Shown: positions 39,485 through 54,428 of the stretch, one piece after another
Numbering within the stretch: position 1 is the first letter of the stretch
Layout of the letters: each line of letters begins with the position of its first letter
Origin: Cenococcum geophilum
Lineage: Eukaryota
Direction: 5' to 3'
DNA length: 64,000 nucleotides
NCBI GenBank assembly: GCA_050273025.1
Contig: CP158635.1
Coordinates: forward strand, 1-64,000
Position numbers and translations under genes: made by a program
The notes under the pieces: model-generated
Database searches by the model: none
What the model was told of the DNA's origin: nothing
Seen by the model: only the letters and a program-made list of their open reading frames with translations

Positions 39485-39964
39485 ATATTAAACGCCCCTA
39501 GTGCTAAACCCCCTAGTGCTAAACGCTAGCCAAAACGTATAATTTTTAGACTTTAAGTAAACGAATTTACTAATTGGGACTATTCTAAGTATATCGATGC
39601 CATTAAGGCATATCTTGCCTTTGCAGGACGTTTAACTAATGATTTAGAATTCTGGAAACACCACGCCTATATTAAGCCGTTTTAAGCCTTAGATATAAAC
39701 CAGATCTTATTCCATATTACTATAGATATAGAAAAAGATATGCCTAACCCCCTAACTATCTAGGAGCTACTATATAAGATATATCGCGTCCGTTATAATA
39801 AGGAGGGAAAGTTATAAGGCTAGTATTCCCTCTTTTATAAATTAGCTAACTTAGTATATAGCTAAGTAAAACAAATTCAGAACGTTATTAAGGAAATAAA
39901 TTACCTAACTCGGATACGTAAGTATAGTAATATTTTATACCCTTAGGCAAAGCAGCTATATTAA
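39485..39964 (+). pseudogene. Small hypothetical gene, paralogue 1 in unit copy 2
   Basis: Duplicate of 11594-12073. Confidence 0.72.
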
Positions 39965-42775
39965 AGGTTGGATTCGGATTTTAGACCAGTTTTAGCCTTA
40001 TTTTAGAACCTATTTAAACCACTTATATTACTGGGGCAAAGTAATAAATTAATGTTGTATTATAGTTAGGCCGCTAGCTAGGGGGACTTTTAGAAAGGCT
40101 TCTAAAAAACTGCCTTAATTTGCTATCTACTCTCTATATTACTGTTTACCTTTACCGTCTATAATACCATTTTAGACCTTTATTAAGGTAGCAATCCCTT
40201 AGCTTAGCTAACGCCTTAGTAGCTGGCCTATGTTTTTTTAAAATAAGTAGTACTTCTCTACCCCTAATGCTATATAGTCCAGTGTCATATAATACTACTA
40301 AGGTAGCGCCTTATTAGGCAGTAGTGATATAAACTGTTTATATAGTGCGGCCTTAGTCCTTATAAGCACCCTACTAAGGCCATACTATCCTTTTTAACGC
40401 CGCCTAGATCTTACTCTAATTTGTTCTCTTTAAAATATATAAGCAACGTTGCCATTATTACTAGGATTATAGTTATCTCTATCCCTATTATTATATTAGA
40501 TATTTAGTGGCTCTTATATGCCCTAACTAAGAAGTTTATATGCCTATAAGTGGATTATATATTAACCTTCTTATTATACGCTTAATTAATTAAGCGTTAT
40601 GCTAAATTCTTCACTAAATAATAAGATTTTTAATTAGTTTATTTATTCCCACCTATACCACCTCTAAATACTTGCCCTTTAATGGTGTTTAGGGGAAGTA
40701 GATATAGTATGTATATTAAACCTATATCTAATGTCATTAAAGATTAACTTTTATCTAACGTCTATTTGCATATTTTGCCTTAGGGTGGAAATTTTATAAG
40801 CCAATATATGTTTTTTGGGGAAAGGGCTGTTTTAGTTATTGCGAACTTCCTTATTTAGTAGTCCTATAGAGTGTTTATAAACGCCTCTATATCTTAAAAA
40901 TAATTTATAAAATTGTTTAAGAAAGATTCACCCAGTCCTAAAAATTATATGTGAGTTCCTCTTTATTAATCATTTTTAGGCCCTTATAAGTCTGTCTAAA
41001 TAAAAGGCCCTTCTTTATATAATCCCACTAATAATGCTGTAGATGTCCTGGCCCGGCACCCGCGTAATAGGCGCCCGCCCTCCTATACTAAGACTAATTT
41101 TTACTAATCTCTAAATTAGTTAAAGGACCCATCTACTCTTTATCTATTAGCCTATTATCCTTTTGGGCCAACTTATTAATAATAGGTAATGACGGATCTT
41201 ACGTAGGAGCTTCTAGCTTCCTATCTATATCTAATTTCCTATGTTTAGATTTTGTATTGTTCTTTTCGTGTTTTCCCTTTCTCTTATTAGTATTATATTC
41301 TGACTCCGCCTTATATAGACGTGCCTTTGGTATAAGTCTATTATCCTCTACTTAAAATCTGTGTCGGGGTTTTATTCTAATTCCGTGTTTAACGATATTA
41401 TTAGGGATTATCTGTACGCCTAGGGCAGTATAAGAATCGCGAATAAGATCTAGATATTGCGATACCTTAGGAAGATTGTTGGCAATATATATAAATACCA
41501 GGAAGAGAAATTCTTAAATATCTTAAGCTGTCTCCAATATTAATTAAAAAAATAGTAGTAGTATTATAGGTCCTAAAGTATAAGAAGGTAATAATTAATA
41601 TACCTCCTATATTATAATACCTTAGGAAATAGGCTTAAAAGGTAAAATAATATATAATATTTACAAAAAAAAAACTATTTAAAAAGATTTATTACTTAGT
41701 TTATAAGTATAAAAGTAAATATACTATATTTTATATTAATTTTCTATTTTAATTTATTAGCTTATTTTATTAAGTTCTAATAACCTTAACTAGAGTTATA
41801 AATAACTTTTATAATAGCACTAAATATATAAAATATTAGGTATTTTATATAAACTTTAATCTAAGTTTAAAAGCTTTAACTTAGAGCCTTATATATAAAG
41901 TTTAATTAATATATTAATATATATATATAAGGTTTTTTAAAAGAAACCCCTTAAAACCCCTCTTTATAGAGCTTTTACTTTATTTATTATTAAGTAATAT
42001 TATTTTATTAAAAAGATCTATTATAGTAACTAAAGTACCCTATTTAAGTTAGGCTTAATTTAAAAGTAATATAAAATCTAATTAATATTATTATATATAT
42101 AAGGCTTTCTAAAAAAAGACTTTTTAAACCCCTTTATAAAGCTTTTAAAAGTAATAATAAAGCTAAAGTGCCTTAATTACTACTAGATAGTATTATTTTA
42201 TTAAAATATACTTTTATTATATTATACTATAAGGGCTATTTTATAATAAAGGGTAAGCTTTAGGTAAAGGCTTATATAGAGCTTTAATAGAGCTTTATAT
42301 AGAGCTTTTATAGGGCTTTATTAAAGCTTAATATATAGCATTTTAAAAGTATAGACTACTTATACTTTATAATATTTTAATATTTATTATATAGATTCTG
42401 CTATAACTTATTATATATAAGTTTTTTTTTAACTAATTAAAAGCTAACTTAGTAGGGGTTTAAATTCTAGTATCTAAATATATAGATTATTTATACCTTA
42501 AATTAATAAAGGGGTTATATAACCTATGCTAATAGTTAGTTTATTTAAACTTATATAGATATTCTATTATTAGTTTATAATAAGTATCTATTAGTTTTAT
42601 AGGCAAACTAATCTTATTACCACCTATATCTTCTATTAATTGCTATTTAGCTTAGCTATAATAATATATATAAGATAGCTAACGCTTTTAACAGCTAAGC
42701 AATTTCCCTATACTTCTAACTACTTAAAATCCTAAATAACTAGAGGCCAGTACCTCCTAATCTATATATTATATA

Positions 42776-43187
42776 ATATTAAATCTCCTTAGTACTAAAC
42801 GCTAGCCAAAACGTATAATTCTTAGACTTTAAGTAAATGATTTTACTAGTTGGGACCCTTTTAAGCACACTAACGCTATTAAGGTATATATCGCTTTTAC
42901 AGGACGTTTAACCAATAGTTTAGAATTTAGGAAACACTACGCCTATATTAAGCCGTTTTAAGCTATAGAGCTAAATTAGATCTTATTTTATATTACTATA
43001 GATATAAAGAAAGACTTACTTAATTCCCTAGCTATCTAGGAGCTACCATATAATATATATCGCGTCCGTCGTAATAAGGAGGTATAGCTAAGTAAAACGA
43101 ACTAAAAACGTTAAGGAAAAGAATTACCTAACTCGGATACGTAAGTATAGTGATATTTTATACCTTTAGGCAAAGCAACCATATTAA
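42776..43187 (+). pseudogene. Small hypothetical gene, paralogue 2 in unit copy 2
   Basis: Duplicate of 14888-15299, with the same intron deletion. Confidence 0.7.
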
Positions 43188-44790
43188 AGGTTTAATTTAG
43201 ATTTTAGACTTTAGAATTAATTTAAACCGCTTGCATTACTGGGGCAAAGTAATATTAATATTATACTATGATTGGGCCGTCGGCTAGGGGAACTTTTAAG
43301 AAGGCTTCTAAAAAACTGCCTTAACTATTACTACCTTAACCATTTAAACTAATGTAGTGGCAAATATTGTTGTTTCAAATACCGTTTAAAAAAAACTTTA
43401 TTAAGGTAGTGAATCCTTTAGCTAATCTATATAGACCTATTATATAAGACCTACCTAGCGTTGCTTAATTATTTTGGTAAACTAAATTAACTTAAGTAAT
43501 AATCTGAGAACCTTTAATTAATTGGCGTTCGCTTTTACTGCCCACTTAGTCCTACGCCCTTATAGACTTTTAGGAACTTTACTTTATATACACCCTTTTA
43601 TTAGTTGTAGGCATTACGTTATATATAAAGACTATTTCTTAGAAGGGTCTATTAACAAAGATCCGAAGTTAAGGAAAAGGAAAGGAGAGGACAAGCAGCA
43701 CCGCTTAAAGATTTATACAATCTTTAAGTTATATAACCGCAACCTACGGTAATCTGCCGTAATTTACCGCAATTTACTAATACCGTAACACCTAGAGGTT
43801 GCGCTATAGTAGAAATTAATAGAACGAGTTTCTCTTAAGTACTAAATATCGCCTTTATTACCTCCATTATGTACATTTTTTTTAAGCGAGTAGTACTCCC
43901 CTACCCCCAATGCTATATAGCCTAGTGTTGTACAATACTACTAAGATAGCGCCTTGTTGGGCAGTAATGATGCCTAACTCTATAACCCCTTTATATAGTG
44001 CGGCGTTAGTCCTTATAAATACCTTACTATTCTTCTTAATACCCCCTAAATCTTACCCTAATTTATTCTCTTTAAAATATGCGAGCAACGTTGCTATTAT
44101 TATTAAGGGTGTGACTATCTGAATGCCTATAATTACGTTAAATGTTCGGTGGCTCTTATACGCCCTAACCGAACCCTTTATATGCCTGTAAGTGGATCTA
44201 TTTAAGATCTTCTATAAGCCCTTAATATATAAGACTAAGACTTGGCCGGTTTATGTCTACTTTGTTCTAGCCTGACTCCTCTAAGCTCTTAGGGTTTGCA
44301 GTAATTATATCTAAATACGTACTTAGTAATAGGTATAACTAAAAATTAGGTGTAACGTATATAACTTTAGCGCTAAGGACTTAATAGATAGCTAGCCCGG
44401 TTTGGGTAAGGGTTATAATAGTAGCAGTATTATGGGTTTATAAGGCCTGGAGTATATAATTATAATAATTAATGTACCTCCTACCTTATAATACCTTAGA
44501 AGATGGGCTTAAAGGGTAAAGTAGGATGCGATAATTGCTGGGGAACTGTCTAAGAAGAATCGTTACTTGCACTTATGCAGATACTCTATTATTAATTTGT
44601 AATAGGTGTCTATTAGTCCTATAAGTAAACTAATCCTACTACCGCCTAAGTCTTCTATTAGTTACTATTTGGCTAGGCCATTATAGAGTGTATATATATA
44701 AGGTGGCCGAAGCTTCTAATAGCTAAGCAATTTCCCTACGCTTAAAATCCTAAACAATTAGAGGCTAACCCCTAATCTATACACTATATA

Positions 44791-45255
44791 ATATTAAACC
44801 CCCCTAGTGCTAAACACCAGCTAAAATGTGTAATTCTTAGATTTTAAGTAAATGAATTTACTGGTCGGGACCCTTCCGAGTATACCGACGCTATTAAGGT
44901 ATATCTCGCCTTTATAGGACGTTTAACCGATAATTTAGAATTTAGGAAATACCACTCCTATATTAAGCCGTTTTAAGCCCTAGAGGTAAACCAAACCTTA
45001 TTTTATATTACTATAGATATAGAGACAGACTCGGCCAACTCCCTAAATATCTAGGAGCTACCGTATAAGATATATCGCGTCCGTCGTGATAAGGAGGGGA
45101 AGTTGTAAGGCTAGTACTCCCTCTTCTATAAATTAGCTAACTTAGTATATAGCTAAGTAAAGCAAATTTAGAACGTTATTAAGGAAAATAATTACTTAAC
45201 TCGGATACGTAAGTATACTAATATTTTATTACCTTGGGCAAAGTAGTAATATTAA
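44791..45255 (+). pseudogene. Small hypothetical gene, paralogue 3 in unit copy 2
   Basis: Duplicate of 16903-17367; keeps the ancestral GTAAGG splice donor at 45105. Confidence 0.72.
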
Positions 45256-48200
45256 AGGTTTAATTCGAATTCTGGACTGGTTTTGGCCTTATTTTTATAA
45301 CTAATCTAAACCGCTTATATTACTGGGGCAAAGTAATATATTAATATTATATTACGGTTAGGCCGTTAGCTAAGGGAACTTTTAGAAAGGCTTTTAAAAA
45401 ACTGCCTTAACCATCTAAAGTGACGTAGTGGCGAATATTATTGTTATTTGCGGTCCGTAATACTATTTGCTAGCCTATTCTTATAATACTTAACGCTTAA
45501 GCCCCCACGTCTTATAGACTTTTAGGGAACTTTACTTTATAGGTTGTATACTAGGACTATTTCTTAGAAGGCTTTCTAAATATTGCTTTATATATTGCCA
45601 CCTAGTAAGTACTTGGTATAGTCTATATAATACGTACGCAGGTGGGTTCTAAGGTAAGTTAGTGGCACCCCCAATCTGTAAGATATATAGATAAGTACGC
45701 TAAAATTAGGGAGATAGTTAAAAAGATCCGTAAGTAGGGATAAAAGACAATGTAGTATGGCTGGGGGGGGAGAGGAGAGAGGTTATATATAAATGGATTT
45801 ATATCGCGTTTTTAAAGCGTCTTATAATGCCTTCTATATTGCAATTTTATTCTTCTCTATTCTTTTTTCCTTTTTGTTTTCTATCTTAGGGGGCTAGAGC
45901 ATATAAGCTAGAGAGAAGAGAGAGGCTAAGAGTTAGTGCGTTAGGTTGTGGCCAAAATTAGATATTCAGCGCTGCTAAATTCCGGCGTATTAATACTTTT
46001 GGCAGAAAGGCAATGTTCCTCTAACCGCCCGGCTAAATACCCGGTAGGATAGATTTAAGGGTGGAAATGTTTTTAGTATATTCCTAGGCCAACCTTATAT
46101 AAATAATTTGTAAATTCTAGCATTTTAAATCCTCTAAAGTAAGAATAGTAGTTCTCTGATAACTTAAATTTTGCTAGAATTATATAGTATATATTAAGAT
46201 ATTATTGCTTAATTTCGCTATACAGCCATCCATAAATAAAGGGGAGAAGATTTGCTTTAATTTAAGTATTATATAAGATGTACGAATGTCCTACCAGGCG
46301 GTCCTTTTTATTCTCTACCACAAGACCGCAAATATGTCCTTTAAGAAGACGACGACAGTATTAACTGTCCTAAATGCTAAGGGAAGACACCACCTAAAAC
46401 TCCCTAGGAGTATATAACTTCTAGCTTAGGGTAACGGCAAGAATTATAGAGATACGGATAAACATATCCTATGTTAATATTAGATATTAATACACTTTAT
46501 AGTGTTTATATTAATAGAGTTAAGAGCTGTTTTAATCTCCCTTACTGCTAGCTGCTTATTTATTTGTGCCTAAGAACTTTTAAGCTTATCTTTGTTGTTA
46601 TAATGCATTAAGTTTTAGTTTTGCCACTAATTCTTGCTCCTATCTCCCTCCCTAATAAAAAGTACAGTAGTACGCTTTTGCTTTCTTAATGTAACGTTCT
46701 TAAGGGATAAACAGCCTATTGCGATATATTAGCCCGTTATAGATAAATATAATAACCGGTTAATATACTATTAGTTTTCTTGCTAAGACACTAAGTATAC
46801 TATATATGGAAGAGAAAGCACTTTGTCTTTGCTTAGGCGGCTTTAAACGTTAAGGTTTAAAATAAACTACTTCCGTATAGGTTTGTCCGTGTTAAAATAC
46901 GGAGGTATATATATATAGTTGTAAGCTAGAAGCTATAGTTTATAATAGTATTGCTAGTTAAGGAATTAACGACAGAATATGTCTATAAGAGTATTGTGAT
47001 GGTTTTAAGGGTATCCGGGCAGGTCCGTTATATAGATCTAAAGTATTACCCAAGCTAAATTAGTGCTAAAGTTATCCATTTATATCTTATTAAAGAGTAG
47101 TTACGTAAAAGGAGATATTTTAATATAGTATATGTGATAGAATAGTGCAACTTAAACGGGAAAGTAACTAAAATTTAAGGAAGTTAATTTTATTATATTC
47201 TATTATAGTAGTTGGCCTATACGAGGATATTAGCGGGGTAAGACTGCGCTAACTAAGGTCTAAAAACCTAGTTATCCGCGCTAACGCTATAAAAGTGATT
47301 TTAATAGCAGTATATATATAAAGGGCCTTTTCTCCTATACTCGCCATATGGCGGTATAGAATCGCTAGTATATTATATTAATCCTGACTAATTCTGGACA
47401 CCTTATTTAACTAATTTGGCTTTTTTACGCAATACTTTTCTTATTACCGACCTCCTTACTTTAGCTACGCGTGTTACGCTGCTACTAATATAAGGACTTT
47501 TAGGAAGGCTTCTAAAAAACTACCTTAATTTGCCATCTACTATCTAGGTAATAATCCCTCGGCTTAGCTAGCGCCTTAGTAACTAGCCTATATATTTCTT
47601 TATATCTTTCCTTCTCCTTAGCTTAGTATTTTTATAATATAGCATTTATTTAAGCTTTAATTTAGAAGCATTTATTTAAGCTATAATACTTAGTAAAGGT
47701 TTATAAAAGCATTTATATTTCTTACCCTAGAGGTTACACTATCCCTTCTGCTAATATATCCCGTCTTACTGTTATTAATAAGAGCTAGCTAATAGAATTA
47801 ATACGATTAAGACCCTGCGACTATACGTATACTTTTGATTCTATTATTTGCGTATAGTCCACCTCTCATAGAACCAGCGGAAGGGATAGTAGAGATTAGT
47901 AAAATGAATTTCTCTTCAGCACTAAATATTGCCTTTATTACCCCCGTTATGTGCATTTTTTTATATAAGTAGTACTTCCCCACCCCTAATGCTATGTGGC
48001 CCAGTATTATATAATGCTACTAAGGTAGCGCCTTATTAGGTAGTAGTGATGCCTAACTCTATAAACCTTTTATATAGTACGGAGTTAGTCCTTATAAATA
48101 CCCTATTAAGGCCATACTATTCTTTTTAACGCCGCCTAGATCTTACTCTAATTTGTTCTCTTTAAAATATATAAGTAATATTGCCATTATTACTAGGATT

Positions 48201-49064
48201 ATAGCCATCTCTATCCCTATTATTACGTTAGATATTTAGTGGCTCTTATACGCCCTAACTAAGAAATTTATATGCCTATAAGTGGATCTATATAAGATCT
48301 TTTATAAGCCCTTAATATATAAGACTAAGACTTAGCTAGTTTATATCCACCTTATTATAGCCTGTCTCCTCTAAGCTCTAAGTATTTATAGTAATTATGT
48401 CTAGATATATACTTAGCAATAGGTATAACTAAGGATTAGGTATAATGTATAAAACTTTAGCGCTAAGGACTTAATAAATAGGTAGCCCGGTTTGGGTTTA
48501 GGTTAAAATAGTAGTAGTATTATAGGTCTACAAGGCCTAGGGTATAAGGAGGCAATAATTAATATACTTCCTACCTTATAATACTTTAGGAGATGGGCTT
48601 AAAGGGTGAAGTAAAATACAATATTTGCTAAAAAACCGTTTAAGAAGAATTATTACTCTATAAGCGTAATAGTAGTTATACTATATTCTATATTGTTCCT
48701 CTATTATAATCTATTAGCTTACCTTACTAAGTCCTAATGACCTTAACTAGAGTCGCGGACTACTTCTACAATAGTACTAATAAATAGGTTACGTAACCCG
48801 TGCCAACGGTTAGTTTATTTACACTTATGCAGATACCCTATTATTAATTTATAATAAGTATCTATTAGTCCCGTAGGTAAACTAATCCTACCACTACCTA
48901 GGTCTTTTATTAGTTGCTATTCCGCTAGGCCGTAATAACGTATATAAGGTGGCTGCGTATATATAGTGGCTAACGCTTCTAGTAGCTAAGTAATTTCCCT
49001 ATACTTCTAACTACCTAAAAATCCTAAACAACTAAAGGCCAACACCCCTTATCTATATATTATA

Positions 49065-49529
49065 ATATTAAACCCCTCTAGTGCTAAACACTAGCTAAAA
49101 CGTGTAATTTTTAGACTTTAAGTAAATGAATTTACCGGTTAGGATCCTTCTAAGTATACCGACGCCATTAAGGCATATTTCGCTTTTGCAGGACGTTTAA
49201 CTAATAGTTTAAAATTTAGGAAATACTATACCTATATTAAGCCGTTTTAAGCCCTAGAGCTAAACTAAATCTTATTCTATATTACTATAGATATGGAAAA
49301 AGACTTAGCTAACCCCCTAACTATTTAGGAGCTACTATATAAGATATATCACGTCTATTATAATAAGGAGGGAAAGTTATAAGGCTAGTATTCCCTCCTC
49401 TATAAATTAGCTAACTTAGTATATAGCTAAGTAAAACAAATTTAGAACGTTATTAAGGAAAAGAATTACCTAACTTAGATACGTAAGCATAGTAATATTT
49501 TATACCCTTAGGCAAAGTAGCCATATTAA
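49065..49529 (+). pseudogene. Small hypothetical gene, paralogue 4 in unit copy 2
   Basis: Duplicate of 21177-21641. Confidence 0.72.
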
Positions 49530-49764
49530 AGGTTCGATTTAAATTTTAGACTAGTTTTAGCCTTATTTTTAGAACCGATTTATACTACTTATATTACTGG
49601 GGCAAATATATTAATATTGTACTATAGTTAGGCTATTAGCTAGGGTAACTTTTAGGAAGGCTTCTAAAAAACTGCCTTAATTACTATCTACTATCTATAT
49701 TACTATTTACCTCTGCCGTCTATAATACTATTTAAGACCCTTATTAAGGTAGCAATCCCTTAAC

Positions 49765-52700
49765 TTAGCGTTGCTTTACTACTTAGGTTAACTATACTAA
49801 CTTAAGCAATAATCTAAGAACCTCTAATTAATTGGCGTCCACTTTTGCTAATAAGAACGCTGCTATACTCTCTATATTCTTAGAGTTAGTACTATATTAC
49901 CGTAAGCGCTCTACCTAGGCCTATTTAATATCCCCTATAGCCGCTGTTATACCTAAAATAACGCTTAATATAAGCTTGCTGTATTAGTACTGGTTAACTC
50001 CACTTTGTTTTTAGCCCTAGGTGGGATCCTTTATCTACTAGTTATATAGCTCTTAAGGTACTATATAGTAATAACACCCGCTAAACTTAGTAAAGCGTAA
50101 TATTAATTATAACCTTCTAGCGGTATCCTAAATAGTACCCACTAAGGGCGTAATACAGGTGCGTATATTATATAAGGCTTCGCTGGCCTAGGCCATATAT
50201 ATTAGGCAGTGTGTCGTCTACTAGATAAGATAGTATCTTAGCTACTCTAGCGTAAGCTGTTCCGCCCTTACTAAGGCAGTTACTTTTAATTACTAAACGC
50301 TTATCCGCGCTTCCTGTATTGTAAACTCGGCCTTGTTAGCGTCTAAAAGAATAGGTATATCTAACTCTTAACCGTCCAGTCGTTTGGCAGCGTAAATATT
50401 ATATAGCTTCTTACCGTTAGTATAACCGTTCCAGACCGGTATTCTATCTATTTTCCTATCTAGGTATTTATTAAGTACCACCCTATAGTAGGTTTTAACG
50501 TCTGCTTCCCTTTAGAGATAGTCTAGCAGAGCTGCCCTATGGCCTTAATTGCTGTCCGTAGGCGCATTAAGCCTATTACTAAGAAAAATAACAGCCTGGC
50601 TTACCCTTTTATTACGGCCTACTCTCCTACTCTTTTGGGCGTAGTCTTTAACTAACCTTAAAGCTCCTAGGTGTAGCACTGCGTCTATACTAGGTATATT
50701 AACGCCTAAACCTAGCGAGCTTATGGTAATAATGGTCCTATTATTACTAGAAATAAAGCGCTTAAGCATATCCTTTTAGTTAATTAATTCGGAATAGTAG
50801 GCTATATAGTAGAGGCTTTTACTAAAACTGTTGGTTATTTATCTCGCGTAGCAGTATATAATCGCTTTCCCCTACGGCTCTAGTAGACCCGTAATATAGC
50901 GGCCGATAACTTAAGCGGCTTAGTCAATAGCGGCTATAGTTAGGCTCCGTACCAGCTCCTTATCTATATTAATAATAGCATAGCGTATATTACGTCTGGT
51001 GGTGGGCGCCCTAATTAACTTAATACTCTTAGTAGTAAAGTGCATCTTATACTAAAGCCGCTGCTCTTCTATTAGGGGGAGAGTAGCTATTAGGAGCACT
51101 ATTTATATTTATATAGCTGCTAGATAACTTAGGCGTTGCAGAGGCGCACGGAACTTACTACTTCCGTCCAGTACGGTATAGCATTTATTGATCACAATTC
51201 GTGCTAGGCGGCCTATAACTTATATTCTATTTATAAATGTCTAAAAGCTATCTGCTTTAACCGCCTTAGGCATTATAAATACTATTAATACTACGTTAGT
51301 AGGGCTGCGCCCATTCTATGCCACGGCCTATAGCCTAGCTAACTTATATCTTTATAGAAGATCCTATTAGAGAGAGAGCAGCGGAATAATAATAATGGTA
51401 AGGCCTGTATTATTATAAGCGGCTAGCAATATAAACATTAGACTCTTACTACCGCCTATTAGCATAATAATAACTACTAAACTTTCCCCACGCAAGATTA
51501 CGTAGATACCGATCTGTTACACACCCTAAAATTTAGCTTACTCTCCGTATATAGCTTTTAACTATATTATAGCATTAACAGTTCTTAGGCTGCGCCATCT
51601 TATCTGCTTAGCGTTACCGGTTAGATCTATAGGTATAATGTGCTTTTAGGATTTAGAGGAAGTGTTTATAGCGCTATATAAGAGAAAGGCTAGGAAGGCG
51701 TACCACTTAGTACTTAATCTTTAGAATTATTGCCTTTTGCTTATAGTAGTTCTAACCAACTCTCCCATAAGACGCGTATATACAGTCTCGCCTATTTAGG
51801 CTATATAGCCTACCTGCTTTTTATATATTATATTAAAAGATCCTAGCTTATCCTTTTCTAAGCCACTATTGTTACTACTCTTAATAAAGGCAGACTAAGT
51901 CTTTAGGTACTTTTAACTAATAGCAATCACAACCTAGCGGTATATTTGGATATTAAGCCTGCATCCTAAGCCAGTCTCCATTTCTTACTAAAGGGTATAG
52001 GTAAAGCGGCCGAAGTTCTATTTAGTGCCTTACGCGTTAGGCGGCCATATTTTATACAATATAATATTCTCCAGCTAGAGCATCTACTCTAGCGCGCGCT
52101 AAAATAGTAATATAAGCCAGAGGTATAAAATAACTAATCTCCTAACCTTACTAGGTATAAATCGGTAAATAACCTTAGACTGTCCGGTATGGTGGGAGCC
52201 CTTAGAGTATTAAGGTATGAATGTAACCATACCATAGATAATAAAAATGTTTTAATGTTTGCCTGTAATAGTGTTGCTATAGCGTATACTTAATATCTTA
52301 GTGCCTCTTATAGGCTGGCCCCCTATAATGTATATAAGCACTAAAAGCTTATGCAAAAGCGCTTTGACTTAATTAAGGTAGGTTTTAATACTAAACTTAT
52401 TTGGTCTACCTTCTAGGCCTTAGAGTTTAAATATAGCCTAGCGCTGTTTATTTAGCGTAATATAGTTTATAAGCTAGTCCTAAGTATAAAAAATATACTT
52501 ATTATAAGGGTCTTAAAGAAAGTTCTAGCTAGGAATGGAGTTACTGGGGTTGTCCTAAAGGGCTTTAATTTACATAGTTAGGGTACTGGTACGTCGTTTG
52601 TTAAATAGTAGGTCTTAGTAAACTAAACGTTTTACGTCTTTAATAAGGCTATAGATAAAACTGTAAAACTCGGGCATTATAAAACGAATAATTTTATAGA

Positions 52701-54266
52701 GTAGCTTGTTATTAACCCATTCTACCTCGCCCTTAATTATTGCTTTAAAGTGCACCTTTAGGCCGTAGGTTTAAAGGTCTAGTATTTACTATATTAGTCC
52801 CTTAGTCCCTTACACTATAAACTTATCTATTATCTTAGTTAACGACTCTAGGCATCTTCCCTTCGGTATATCTTAGTGGGCATTGCTATAAACAGCGTCT
52901 GCGTTAGTAATTAGGGTAGCTTATATAACTATAAACTAACTAAGCTTTATTATAGCCGATAGTGTCTTAGTATATACGCCGCACTCCTTTTACTTTACTG
53001 CTATTATACCCTATAGGGCTAATATATATACTAAGGGACTCTTATACTTAGTACTGTGTACTCTCTAGTCTAGAAGTAAAAGATAAAATACTAGGTAAGC
53101 CTTAGCTAAGGGGCTAAGTATATCACCCTCGCATAACCTAGTAGGGGTATTAGTACTATACTCTGCGGTACGCAGTAGTGCTAACTAGGCACGCTTTTGT
53201 TAGTTATTAAGTATATATCTAGGGCTAACTCTATCTATTATAGGCTATATCTGTTTAAAGAACATAAGCACCATCTGCTATAGTCTATAGTAGTTATTAG
53301 GGGGCTTCTTACCTTAGTATAATTAAAGGGGTCGGTATTAGTCCTAGTGTACCTAGTCCCAGATAGCTTTGGTCTATAAAAAGATACCGGCCTTTAAGGC
53401 TATAGTTTTGTTATAAGTCTGGTAGAGCTCAGCTATGGCGTTCTATATCGCAGTAAGGGTTAACTTATTGTCCGGGTTAGGTTTGTTAATTAAGGCTAGA
53501 AGTAATTCCAACTCGGCGGTATTAAGGTAGTTATGCTACCCGGTACATTCTACCTAGGGGTCTATCTTAAAGATATTTCGGCAGTTTATATAGGTATTTA
53601 TTACTTATTCCTTCTCATTACAGGCAACAAGACTACCGTGCATAAATGCTAGGAAATTATAGTTGCTAGCTTTAGTAATATTATCCACCTCTATATTAGT
53701 TATGGCTATATTAACGGCAAAGAAGCTTAAGCCATATTGGCTTAGGAATAGCCTTTAACAGGCGGTTTACTTCTAGGGATTAGGTATAGTCCGTTCGGTC
53801 AGTCATCTAGTAGTATTGGTTAGGCGGCCCTTATACGCGTATTTCTTCTATAAGTATTAATCTCGGCAGTATATAGCCATTTTCTTTATACTTCTGCATA
53901 TATATTAGCAGATTTCCGGTATAAGCTAGTAGAGGAGCCTGTTGTAATATATATTTAGGTAAGGGATAGGTTGCTTAAGGGTCCGGAGATTTAATAACTT
54001 ATTAGGTTTGCGGATAAGTTAGTTTAGGGCTTAAATAAGGCGTACTAGTTCTTAGAGTTTGACTTTATCTAGCCGGTGGTAGATACCACTAAAATATTAG
54101 CGGACTTCGGAAGGCTATACCGTATGTTAATAATTGGGAGCGGTATAGACAATAATTTGGTATTCCGGTAGATAGATTAGATTCTCTATATATTTAATAA
54201 ATGCTATTTCCCTATATATAGCTATTTGGTATACTTATTGTAGATTATAACTTTAGCTAAGGGCAT
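49765..54266 (-). pseudogene. Telomere-linked RecQ-like helicase, copy 2
   Basis: Duplicate at offset 27888; ORF 50545-50769 carries motifs V-VI; motif II reads RIVINKCY, complementary to copy 1. Confidence 0.93.
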
Positions 54267-54428
54267 TTTTAGGAAGGCTTCCGGAAATACTCCCTAGTAA
54301 GTTTTATATTACTATTTATAGTGTTCTAGTTTTAGTTCTTAGGGGGAAGGTATAAAAGTATATAGCTAAAGCTTAGCCTTAATACGATTCCTTAATATAA
54401 TTTCCTACTTTAATAATATCCCACCGCT

